Source: Rhodosorus marinus CCMP1338 (taxonomy: Eukaryota; Plantae; Rhodophyta). Taken from it: 64,000 bases of DNA. The stretch covers positions 558,001 through 622,000 of the forward strand of contig JAMWBK010000002.1 of assembly GCA_029953675.1 (NCBI GenBank). Reading direction: 5' to 3'. Positions 34,838 to 47,060 of the stretch are shown here, one piece after another; within the stretch, counting starts at the first letter, position 1, and each line of letters begins with the position of its first letter. A program made the position numbers and the translations under genes. The notes beneath the pieces were generated by a model. The model did no database searches, was not told the DNA's origin, and saw nothing but the letters and a program-made list of their open reading frames with translations.

Positions 34838-36300
34838 ATGGCAAAAGCACCATCAGTGCGAGGTGTTCTTCTGTCCCTGCATAGCAAGGTAGCAGGATGG
34901 GTTAAGTCGAACAGGAACTTGGCGGCGGCGATGCTGGGGGTATTCGACCTACTTCTGGTCATCGCAGCTATTGGTATTACATCTTACACGGAGATCGACT
35001 GGTTAACGTATATGGAACAGGTCGAGGTTTTCTTGAATGGCGAGCGGGACTATCATCAGATTGAGGGGCCTACAGGACCCGTCGTGTACCCGGCGAATTT
35101 TCTCTACATTTTCTCTGCCCTATACAAATTGACCGCTAGTGGCACCAGGATAGATCGAGCACAGATTGTTTTTGCAGTTTTTCATGCGCTGAACGTGTCG
35201 ATTGTGGCAAGGACGTATCTCGAGGACGAGAGGTTGGACATTTCCGTTCTGTTGCTGATCCTCCTATCGAGGCGCGTAATAAGCATCTACGTATTGAGAA
35301 TGTTCAACGACGGTGTCGAAGCTCTTCTTGCCAATCTTTCCGTCTTTCTTTTCTGTCGCAAGAAATACACACTTGGATGTATATTTCTAAGCCTGGCAGT
35401 TGGAGTCAAGATGAACGGCCTGCTCTATGTACCAGCTGTTGGAGTGCTTATGGTAGAAGAGCTTGGGTGGCCGAAAGCTGCTGGACACGTCCTTCTCTGC
35501 CTAATCATCCAGGTATACCAATAACCTGCAAAACGTGGCTGACAAGTTTCCAACCGCCGATTGATGATCAGCTACTGAGTTCTAACAAGCTGCCACTAGC
35601 GTTTACCTAACAGGTTGGACTAGGGATGCCTTTCGTTGTGCATCGCTGGCAGAGCTACTTTGGAAGGGCTTTCGAATTGGGAAGAGTGTTCCTCCTCAAG
35701 TGGAGCGTCAACTATGCGTTTCTACCAGAGGACGTGTTCCAGAGCTCACGTCTGGCTGCGTTCTTGATGGTAGTACATCTTTCACTCCTGATCCTCTTCA
35801 CCCATAAGCACTGGACTGCCCGATTCGGGGGAATTTTAAAACTCCTGGGCTTTCCGATTGCAGTAAGGGATGGCACCATAAAGCCTGGGGAGGGGACGGT
35901 TGCCACTTCGTCAGCAATCACTGCACTTCTAACCTGCAACATCATAGGATTGGCTTGTGCACGGAGCATTCACTACCAGTTCTATGCGTGGTATTTTCAT
36001 GGCCTCTCCTATCTCCTGTGGAAAACCGCTCTCCCCGTATCGGCGAGGTGAGCGAAAAAACGACATCCAACAACTACAGATAATTCGCGCGTATCTGAAA
36101 CGTAGATGTGTTTCTTTTCCAACAAACCCAGGATTTTGATCTTGCTGGTGATAGAACTTGTATACAACGTCTACCCACCACATCCGTACGCGTCTATGGC
36201 ACTTCACGTTTGCCATTTTGTGATTATCTATACGCTCTACTTGAAGGAAAATCTGTTCGTTGTCGCCGGTGCTCCGGAACGCGGAGAAAAAGACAAGTAG
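34838..36300 (+). CDS. ALG3: Dol-P-Man:Man5GlcNAc2-PP-Dol alpha-1,3-mannosyltransferase, spliced
   Basis: YTEIDWLTYMEQV, GPTGPVVYPA, SIYVLRMFND, AVGVKMN, AFELGRVFLLKWSVN, CARSIHYQFYAWYFH, ELVYNVYPP. Confidence 0.97.
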
Positions 36301-39159
36301 AAGAACGACATCCGTGGGAGAAAGCCGAATGGGCGCTCAGGTCAAACGCACGAGCATAATCTATAACGTCCAAATCGCTATCAGGCCATCCTAGCCGTCG
36401 ATCTTCAGCCATCATGCCTGTTCCGTATGTCTGGTCAAGCCTTGTCTCTACCTCTAGAAGGAGTATACGCCATTCGATGAATCATGTCGTAAACTCCCAC
36501 CGGAGGCGGGTGACAGCTTCAATTTTCACGCAAGACTGATACCATTGCGCCTAGAGCCGTACCCTGTGTCTTGTTGTACGGAAGCGAGATCCTGAGAGCT
36601 GGCTGGGAGCTGGAGTAAGACGTCGGAGTTTATCCGGACTCTCTCAGAGAGGTGCTCACGCAATCAAGAACGCGACCGGCACCAGCTGCATGAAGGTAGA
36701 ACCTCTGGGGGTCAACTGACCGCGTCAAACGGGCTTTTTCCCGAAACGATCGATGAGGGAAGGCAAGGATGGTGACGATTTCCGGTATGCCCGTCACGTC
36801 GTATTTCACAAATTTGGGCACGTTTCAAACAGCAACCGTGCATAGAGGGCTGGGTATGGGATATAATACTTCAGGCTAGATGCAGCTAGAATTATAGTGT
36901 CGCAAAACAGGCCTCCCACAAGGCCTCCTAGAAGCATCGGCATGCAAGTTCACAACCACCTTGGAATAAACAAAAAACTCTTTTTTTGGTTTCAACCAAA
37001 CAATCCCAATTTGATTCAGATTGAACTGAGAACATGAAGAAAAACACGTTTTGACAAGTATTCTTCCTGGTTTTGTAAATACGGAAAAAACCTGAATTTG
37101 AAGTTTTACTGAACAAGCTCGGCTCCGAGCCGAACCCGATTGGGTTTGCCATCACGGAGCCCCGTTCTCAGTTGGTGTAGGTGGCCAGGCAATGTTGTCT
37201 TAAGGATCACATAGGCTATCCATTAGAATGGATAGCCTAGAATGAATCAGGTGTAACCAGACCGTGGGGTGAAGGGAGGTAAGGAGTACAGGTGGGGTTC
37301 TCCAATTTGTGGAGCGTTTGAGCTGCGACGGGATCAGTCCTATTCCCTCAATATTTTATCGCTTCCAAACTTAGCCAAACAACAGATTGTGTTGTTCCCC
37401 TGTTCCCATGGAGGTCTATGAAGAGGCGCACGAATTAGCCGTACACCACTTAGGGGTCCATGTCGACGAGCGGAATGTACTATCCGAAACCATTCAAAGC
37501 CCTTTTGACTTATGGCTCCGAAATGATAGCAGTGTGTTCTCCCACACTGCTATCATTTCGGAGCGCAAACTTTGAAGCAAGTATGGGGCAACGACAAAGT
37601 TTCAGTTAGCAGAATTCAAACAGAAGCGGAATCCTCACCGTACCTGCATATGGTGGCTGAAACGGTCGTTGGCGCCCCCCAAAAATACACAAGCCGACCC
37701 TCCCTTCCCCACCGATAAACGGCAACAACGGAAAATCTTCTAAAATATTATCAAAATATATTAAAAAAGCTCCACTTTTCAATAGGGGTGGTATAATACT
37801 AGAAAGCAACTTTGAAGATTCTTCTCAACCTTGTGAGTGAGCGGCCACTTCTGACAGTCCCAGCTAGAAGGGATAACAACCCAAAACAACTACTGGGAAG
37901 AGTTTCAAGGAATCCTCTAACACTTAACTTGCTCCTACATTAGAACCGACACCAACTGGCTCACGGAACACGCGAACGAAACCTTTGACCAAACAAGCAA
38001 ACTCATCCTCTCCCAATCCCAACTACCACTCCAACCCACCCCCCCGGCGTTTTTCATTCAAAATCAACTCTACCAAAAAAGGGCCATTTTTCGCCGCTCT
38101 CAAAATGATAAGGACTCGAAATCCATATTGCTTGTATAAAATTTTAACGTCCGTGGGAACGCATTTTCGCCCAGAAGCTAAAATTCATGTTTTAGCGTCG
38201 AAATCTCGATGGATGAAAAATTTCACTTAAAGAACAAACCATTTTCTGTACATTGAAAAATTCTTCAACGGAAAATAATTATGAAATGAAAAAATATTTA
38301 CAGGCATTGACATTAACATGGAAAAAATATGTGGAAATTTTATTGTACCATAAATGGATATGATTGGAAAAAGAAAAGGCAACAGTGGCCATGATCTTTT
38401 TTTGTGGGGGTTCTATTTTGGCCCGGAGAAAGAAGGGTGTGAGGAGGTCTCTATCAGACAGGAGACTCTCCCTGTCAGGGGGATCCTTGACATTTTTTTT
38501 TCTTTTTTGGGGGGAGATTTTCCCCAAACCCATCTTTTTGAGTGTAAAACCGACGGTATGGTAAAAAAAAACCTGTCATTTTTGTGAAGAAGAAGACTAT
38601 TTGACGAGCTGCATTTTGATGAAGGAGTTGGTAGGCATTGGGGGGGGAAGAGTAAGGCGGGGAGAGAGAAGTGAGTGGTGAGGGACCTTTGTAGAAACGT
38701 TTTGGTTTTCATAGTGTTTTTTTTTGGTTTTTGCCTGGTTTGTGTGTTTCTAGATGTGTATATTTTCCTTTTGAGGTTCCGTCGTTGAGCTTTGGGGTTG
38801 TTGTGATTATTTTGCTTGTGTTTGTGGGAGTTGGTTTTTTTGTTGTTGTTGTTTGGGAGGGTTTCGGCGGGGAGGTAGGTGGGAGGTTTTTGTGTTTATG
38901 GTTTGTCGTTTGGAGCGCTTGTTGAGTAAAAGGATTTGGTTGGTGCTTGTGTTTTTTCTTTTTGGTTTTTGCAGGTGAGGAGAGTTGCTACTGCAGTGGT
39001 ACTGCTTTCTTGCGTGCTTTTTGGAAAGGACAGGGCGGACAGGTTTGATTGGAAAGCGAGGGGAGTGGGGAATTATCTGGGTGGCTATTTTGTCCAGAGG
39101 ACTAGACGCGAAAGGCCAAACGGTGCTGGGTCCGTGGATGCGGAGGTAGAAAGGAATAT

Positions 39160-39226
39160 TGGTGTTTGGGTGGTGTTTGGGTGGTGTTTGGGTGGTGTTT
39201 GGGTGGTGTTTGGGGTGGTGTTTGGG
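39160..39226 (+). repeat. 11-bp G-rich minisatellite (TGGTGTTTGGG)x6
   Basis: Six copies read directly; one carries an extra G. Confidence 0.9.
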
Positions 39227-39384
39227 TGTGTACTACTATGTTTATTGGACGTGGACTTGGTACAACTTGAAACCGAGGCCGGGTGAATTTTAATTGCGAT
39301 GTACGCGGGTCTCCGCCTTGAGACGAGGAAACGCTGAAGAGTCCGAGAGTAGTTTTGGTTGGGTCTGCAGTGGACCGTGAAGGA

Positions 39385-39937
39385 ATGGGTCTTTTCAGTT
39401 CCTGTTGTGGTCGTGGGGATGCGGATGCTGTGCATATTGGTAACGAGCATCTGAGCAAGACTCGAAAGGAAGATGGGAATCTGAGAGAACGACAAGATAA
39501 GGAAGGACTCGGATTTCTCCAGACCGAGAACGGAACGAAGAGAGAACCTTGTAAGTAGCTAGCTGTCCTGTTGATTTGTTTAGCTTCGTTTGCGTTTGAT
39601 CGTTTGGGGTACTCTGGTCCTTCCACTTGCTAATGTTTCGCGTTGATTCTCTTCATCAGATACTGCCCTGCAGAAAAGGCAGAGATTAGATGTTGTTGTT
39701 GAAAAAGGCTATCCGGGTGTAACTGTACGCGAAGAGCGATCAGGGGAAGAGAGCTTGGGTAAGTACGAGGCGATTAAGAAGTGGGCAGGTGCCATTGATG
39801 AATCGCAACTATCAAGCCTCGAGGTTCGGCCAGATGAAATTAAGAACATTGAAGATGTAGTATATGTGGAGAAATCGGGTGCAGTTGCTCCCCCGACTGA
39901 TGCCGACAGGGTCCCACAGCGCTCTCATTTCAAGTAG
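39385..39937 (+). CDS. Small hypothetical protein with an N-terminal myristoylation/palmitoylation motif; may extend to 40451
   Basis: Starts MGLFSSCCG. An in-frame intron (GTAAGT...CATCAG) joins to YTALQKRQRLDVVVEKG... Confidence 0.6.
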
Positions 39938-40003
39938 TTTTCCGGCCTACGAAGGTGCGTCTATGAAAGGCACCGCCTAACCTTAATTTTGGCGTAGTTG
40001 CTT

Positions 40004-40440
40004 CTGTTCCCGCTAAGTTGCCGAGAGTACCTGAGCAGGAGGACAGGTACTGGGGTAGCCAGCCGGGCTCCACTCACTGTGGAAAGAAGTGGGAAACTTC
40101 TTGTGTTTTTTTTACGATTAATGTGTGAGCATTTTTTTGGATGAGTTGATGGTCTGCTGGGATGACCGGTGCAGCCAAAACAGGGGGCTAACCTTTGTGC
40201 TTCCTCCGCAATGTTTCCGGGCAGCTGTTCCCGTTAAGTTGCCGAGAGTACCTGAGCAGGAGGACAGGTGCTGGGGTAGCCAACCTGGCTCCACTCAGTG
40301 TGGAAAGAAGTGGGAAACTTCTTGTGTTTACGATTTATGTGTGAGCATTTTTTGGATGAGTTGATGGTCTGCTGGGATGACCGGTGACAGCCAAAACAGA
40401 GGGCCAACCTTTGTGCTTCCTGCGCAATCTTTCCGGGCAG
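40004..40440 (+). repeat. Tandem duplication of about 220 bp (2 copies, highly similar)
   Basis: Copies at 40004-40224 and 40225-40440, both starting CTGTTCCCG(C/T)TAAGTTGCCGAGAGTACCTGAGC and ending TTTCCGGGCAG. Confidence 0.95.
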
Positions 40441-40513
40441 AGGAATTATGAGGGTTGTGGACTATTGGAGGAAAAGTGCCGCCCATAACGTTTAGGTATC
40501 TGACCCGTGGGAA

Positions 40514-43500
40514 TCAGAGCCGTTCCCCGCTAAAGGTCGATAGAAGAGAAATTTTTAACAGGTAGTGGTGAAAAAAATCGAAAACGGAGGAGGCCAGTGA
40601 GTTTGAACCGTTGACTCTCCTCGAAGAACTGACTATATTGGTGTGTAGGATGAATCGGCCGTTTTCGCTCAGTAGCATGTGAATAAATTTAAATTTGGCA
40701 CTGCCGCTTCCATGGAATAGAATATCATACTTTCTCACCAGTACCTCAGACAAAGAGACTGTTGAGAATCCTGTGTAGATTCCGAATAAAATTTCAGAAA
40801 ATCTGCCATCCCTGGTTTCTGTTTTTATTTCTACCACTCCCATTGCCATTGCGTTCAGCACGCCGGGTGAGCGGAAAGTCTCTACAAAGGTTGTTATCAA
40901 GAAACCCTTGCAAATGAAACAGAACAAAGATGGATTACACTTTGTACACTGGTCCCAAGAAAAAAGTTAATACAATTGGATTCGTCGGCAACCGTTAACA
41001 GAGTCCGAAAGGCCAAAACACACGTGGAAGAGGTCCTGAACTTCAAAACCCAAACCCTACCACCGAGAGTTCCTCAGTTCTCCGTCTCGTTACTGACATC
41101 CGTGTCCTCCAGTTCGCTACATTTCAGAAAGCCAATGTAAACGCGATTCAAAATCAGGACGAGCTCTAGAGATGAACGGAAATAAGATTCGTTTCTAAAT
41201 TACGCACCTGCCACCTCGCGGAGTACCTGGATCCCCAGCACGCCGATCCGCAAACTTGGAATTCAGTAAATTCTGGCTCATCTTAATCAATTCTTCCTCG
41301 GGTCTCGTAGCGATGCTCAGCGTCAAGGACCTTTTCTTCTTCAATGCACCTTTCTTCGAATCCGAATCTGCCGGTTTAAGTCTATCTGCAGAAGGACTGG
41401 TAGCCAATTCCGGCTCTATGAGACTCTCGGAGGGAAAAGACGAGCTGTCACTGTGAGCCTCTATTGGAGGGGATCGCCCGAATTGAAGGTTCTGAAGGGT
41501 GGAAGTCACGTTCTCAGCTCGTGTTTCAAGTTCACGAGATTGGGCTGACGCGCTAGTAGTCTCATTGTCCTCCTCAACCAGGCTATAGTCGTCGGTTAGC
41601 GAGTGCATATCGTCAGCGCTCGGAAAAGAGGACAGTTTCGCTTCCCCAGTATCCTTCGCCTCATACTGATCGTCGGCATAGCCAGGTTTGCCTTCAGGCC
41701 AATGAGCTGGTGTCACATCAATTCTTTCTACAAGCTCTGGGGAGATCCTGGGACTCAGCATCACGGGAGAAACCAGGATTCCGGGGGAGAGAGCACCCTC
41801 GCTATGTTCCAAACTCGAGAGTTCACCGTCCTCAGTAGGCTCATTCATCTCAATCAGCTCCCGATGGCCTGATATGAAGGCATCAAGTGACTTCGGCTTC
41901 ACCCTCTCATCGACAGACTCTGAATTCCACAAATCGACGGGCAGGTTGGGATGCCAAAGGTGTACTTCCGTAGGATGCTTCGAATTTAGCCTTTCCTCGG
42001 TTTCAGAAACAGAGAACATTCTGAGGGAGCCAGCACTCACAGCCACCTCATCATTCCAGTCCTCCCTCAACACGTCTATGCATTTCCAAATTGCTGGTGG
42101 CAAGCTGGGGGCCCGATTTCCAACTCCGTTCATGTAGCGCAAACGCAGGTACGTTTCCGTCATCAAAAGTCCCCAAGACCTTTCCTCGGAAACTCCGCTT
42201 TGCATGCACTTGCCAGCTTGATCAAAGACGCGGCTTTCTGCAAACTTTGCCAGCAGACCCCATCGCTTAGATTCCGAAGCGCGTCCACCGCCGAAAACCG
42301 TGGCATAAAACAATAAGTTAACGACTGCGCATTGCACCCATAGTGACAACAACGACAGTGGTTTAGACGAAGTGTGCTTCTTCAGTGTGGTCAATGCATC
42401 CCAAATTTGCTCCAGGTCCTTCAACCCGATAACTGAGGCTCCAGATCTTCGTCCAAGAGCCAGTCCCAAAAACATTTCTTTCAAGAAGTCGAGGCATGCC
42501 CTTTGAATCGTGTGGTCTGCATGTTGAGTAGAAGCTAGTGTTTGAGATGCGATGTGGCAAAGAAAGCCCAATCCTTTCTCTTCCATATCTCTATCCACCG
42601 GCTCCGCGCGTCGGCAGCTAACTTGACCCAATCTCACCACGCCGTCAACAACTTTAGGCTCGTCGGACTCGTCTCCGGTTGGGGACACAACAAACAGAAC
42701 GTCCATTGAAGCACAAAACAATTCCAATCCGGCGAGGCGTACACGAGAGTCCATATGTCCATGCATCATCAAGCATGTCCCAAAAATATCTCCCAGCAAA
42801 GCAGCAACGTATTTCCTGTGTCGACCTGTTTTTGACGCAGCTGTCAAACAGGCAACGGCTAGAGACGCGTAGTCAATCATCTCCTCCAATGACGATGTTT
42901 GACTCCTTAAATCCGATGAACAAATTGTGGAACCGGTAGATTTGTCCGGCAACGAACTGAATCTGTCAAAACAAGAGGCCAACAGGACGTGCAAGTAGAA
43001 CGACTCAATGTGGGCATTATCCTCCAGCGATCTGGGCAAGCTAAAGCTCGAAAAGCCTTCTCCACGCTCCTTTTCATACTCGCGAAGAGCACTCAGCGCC
43101 GCCTCACCGTCAATCGGAGATGTGGATACAAGAACGGACGCCAAATGTTCTAAAAGAAGATCCGCACGATCCTGCGTTTCCACAGATGTTTGAGTTGCCA
43201 AACCATGCAACAAGCCAAGTATATCTTTCGGCATAAGGTGTCTTGCAGACGCAGTTGCAAGAATCCCAACCAGCTCAAAAAGCTCTACGTGAACGGCACA
43301 AGGTAGCCATGGAATCAGAGTTCGCAGCAGTCCCTTCATTGACAGTCCTTCGCGATTGTTGATTCTTTCATTCAGCTCGTGGTTAGCTCCGTTCGCAATA
43401 ACGATCAGGAGCTGCAGCAAGCCCTTCGGAGGGGAGCGAACTTTCAGTCTTTCAACTAAAAACTCGAAAACCTCCTTCATCTTCCGCAACTGCTCGACTT

Positions 43501-46500
43501 CGCCTCGAATATTCCTCGGGATCAACCTGATGACAAGCCACATGGCCTTCCACAATTCCTCCAAGGTGGCCAGAACGGGTTCCAAATTCAGACGGTCGCT
43601 TGAGCTTTCCGTACTTGGGTTCGGTGAATTCAGCATCGCGAGGCTAACTCCAGCCTCAAAATGAGCTACATCCAACATAATGCTCCTTGAAAGCTCCGCA
43701 ATCGTAGTTAGAATACTATTGTACAAGTCTATTACAGCATATGCGTCTGCGACCATTGGGCACGGCTCCAAGGCTGACACGCAGTCTACTACCATTCCCA
43801 GAACGCGATTCAGAGCTTTTGTGTCTGTCACGTGCAGACGTAATTCATCACCTTCTCCAGAGGCTACCTCAAACCTGATCCTATGCCCGGACACAATTGA
43901 GCTGGCGCTGGATTGTGACGATTTCATCGAGTCGGGTTGACTGTAATCTTGTTCCGTCACTTCGAATAGCCCCTCGAGGAGATCTTTCATGAGTACAAGA
44001 TATTTGCTAAACATGCTGGCCTCAACCCGTTTCGCCGCCAAGGCGAGTGATTTGACCACGGAGTCCCAGCATATCAAAGCAGTATCCCTCAGTTGTGGAG
44101 GGATGCGATCAGCCCGCGAGGGAGCCCGGGATGCGTAGCAAAGGAAGAGGACGAGATCAGTAGGGATTTCGACGTCTCCCTGGAGCGCATTCACCACAAC
44201 GCTAACCATCCGCAAGCTGTGCGCAAGAGCTGAGTGCAAACTCTCCTCCTCGTCGAACCCAATTCCAAGCTCGTCCATATCATCGATTGAAACCAGTGGA
44301 ACAAGAGTTGACTGAAAGAGGTCCTGCAGGATGTGATTATCAACAAACGGCAGCATTCCGCAGACAGAATCTAATATATTTCCAAAAACGAGTGACAGCG
44401 TCTGCACGGCGGATTGAGCTGACTCCACTCGAGCTAGATACTTTTGGCTCTTCAAAACACATCCAACAATCGGCTCGAGGTATTCTCCAATCTCAGTGCT
44501 CAAGACTTCAACCATGAATTCCAAGACCCTTTGCGAGGGGAAAAAAGCACAATGCGACGCGACGTCAGAGAGGTGACATTGCTCTCGGATATGATTCTTG
44601 ACGTCCTAGGTCAAGAATCATAAGGCATGCGTGAGAAGGCGGGACTCACTTAGCTCCTGCAACACGAATCACAATAGATTCATTGTGCTCAATGGCTGAG
44701 GTCACTATGTCTACCAGTGCAGGTTGGCAATAGAGCAAAGCAGTTTTTGCGTCCAGATATGTCACATCCGGAATGAGCCCAAGTTTCTTCTTCCGGGTCT
44801 TTGCGAAGGTTGCCGTCCGAACCAAAGTCGGAATGATCTCCGGCAACTGCTGTTCGCACTCCAGGAACGAGCAAACAGCAAGCAGCAGGACTTGCTCCCC
44901 CCAGAGGTATATCTCTTCTGCAATTTTTGGGTACGTAGCCGCCGCTAGCTCAGTTTCCCCTGCGGCGCGTAAGAAGATTTCCGCAGCCTGGCGATGGCGC
45001 CGTGAGTTGATTAAAGCGACCCCGCAGAGCGTATCGGTTTCTGCTCTGTCCAACGGAAACTCATCGATATAGGAGAGGACAAAGGATGTGTTCAAAAGCA
45101 CCTGAAACCAATCGGAGAATCTCCATCAATAAAACCGCAATGCTGCAATTCTGTTAAACAAATTTAAGCGCCCTCATGCAACACAAACAACGAACCTTCA
45201 GCCGGCTCGGAGTAGGATTCGCACCGCGTGGAAAGCCGACTACATTCACACCCATAATTCGGGCCGCGACAGAGTCCGTCCCTTCCAAATCCAAAATTCC
45301 AATACGAAGTGTTCTCGCTGCCCTGTCAACTTCGAAAAGTCTCTTTCGAAGCTTCGAAACACCGTTCTTACTACTTCCCTCCTCGTCGAATTTCACGGTG
45401 ATCTCATCTCCGCTGAATACAAGTGTTTCATACGTGACACCATCGACGCTCCTTTCCAGAATAACGTCGTCCAAGCGCCACGAGCACTGGGATGGGACCC
45501 TAATAACACAGCTCATGACAAGAGATGGACCTGAAGAGCCGTAAAGAATTGCGGGATTCCGTTCAGAAAACAGTCAAGTCCTATGTTTGCTTCCACCGTT
45601 GCCTTAGGAGAAGCAGCTGTCGTCTCATGAGCAACTCTAGCATGGGTGCAAAGCTGTCCAGGAAATTCTTCGAACTTGGCGTACTTATCAATTTCGCAGT
45701 GAAATAGTATCTCCTTCTTTCAGCGATCTGGGATGTCCCAGTCGCTTCATAGTTAATTTTCACGGACTGGAGCACGCTCTTCTCAAAAGCACAGCTTTGG
45801 ACTAGCCCATCTAGCTTAAACTGTATCGATTTGCTCAACAAATCGTCGTCACTATGACTACCCATCTGGTCCAAGGACTTTTCAGGGCACCTCTCGGGAA
45901 CCCTCGATACTTTTCTCTTTATAAAAACGCACTAGCAGTGCAAACTCGCTTCCTTACACCCTCCGGAAAAGTGGACCAAACTCTCATCGCCAAAAAGATC
46001 AGCTCTGAAACTTCGCCTCGTAGAAGCCATCAGCAGACCTCCATCTACGGACGAGCTCCTTTCTCTAGCAAAGCGACGACAGAACCTCAAAAACGACTGA
46101 CTGCCAAGATATCCTCACCGATCGAACGTACAGCAAAACAAAAAACAGACCGAGCACGGTTCTTCAAATGCCACTTCTTCCGCGAAGACCGGGATCACCT
46201 TCAGGGTACTTAGTGTTTGCTCCTGTTTCCCTTCTCAGTCAGACCGGCTAAGAGCTAAAGTCCTAAAGCAAGTTCCGCGGGAGCGAAAGCCTTTCGAGTT
46301 CCTTCTCAGTGCCCACAAAACGCACCTATCACGAAAGCTTCCTCAGTTCACAAACGTGTTCCTTGATTCGCCTCCTCCCTTACGATCTCGCCTCTTCTAC
46401 CAGCGACATCATAACGTGTTTCTCCCGTTTCTTGCTGTTCAAAGGCATCTCCCTTCCACCCACCTCGGAAGCCCACAAGCTCTTCAAGTCTAAAAACCCC

Positions 46501-46659
46501 CTTTCCAAAACCGCGTCTAATATCCAGCCTTGACAGCAGAGACGCTTGTCGTGTGACAGGTAGCATTGGCCGCTCAGGGACCCGCGGATTTGGCCAAGAG
46601 AAACATTTCAGAAAAAGGGGGATACCGCCCAGATTTTCTTCTTTTGCTGCTTCTGGCAA
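40514..46659 (-). CDS. Very large hypothetical protein (helical solenoid-like, possible N-terminal galactose-binding-like domain)
   Basis: A 1109-aa open exon (41195-44524) plus flanking exon ORFs on the same strand. LERSVDGVTYETL...ARTLRIGI...ARIMGVNVVGFP resembles a discoidin/galactose-binding fold. Start uncertain. Confidence 0.7.
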
Positions 46660-47060
46660 ATTAGTCTGGTTTTCTTGGCCAGGAAAATACTACCAAATTT
46701 CATAGGTTGCTGTCGAGCGCGAAAATGTGCGGATTTTGGGTAGCTTCTGGGTTGGGGTTAAGAAGGTCAGGTGGGTCGGGTACGTGACTGGTTTCTTATC
46801 ACAGCTCAGAATGCTGACTGACCTTAGTGCTTTCGCTCACCCTTCTGTGCTTTTTATACAACTCTTTGAATCCCATCCTGCACTGTTGAGAACACTCCCA
46901 GCGGACTTGAACGGATTTGGCGAGGTCCTAGGCCTGAGGGGGGTGGTTTCGACTCGGTTTTGCTCCTCAGCTTGTTCAATGTTTATGTACAAAGAATTCT
47001 TTGTCTCCTCTGTGCTTGGATTTTGTACTTTAGAAAGCTTGTATATACAACAAGGACGAT

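Noticed and set aside
36300-36840. Minus-strand ORF fragments (REKARLT, HPPPVG) as a gene or copia relic
   Set aside because: The motif matches are too short and no consistent splice model or motif spacing emerges.
39160-39226. TTTGGG-containing repeat as an interstitial telomere
   Set aside because: The unit is an 11-mer with only six copies, embedded in a G/T-rich gene leader.
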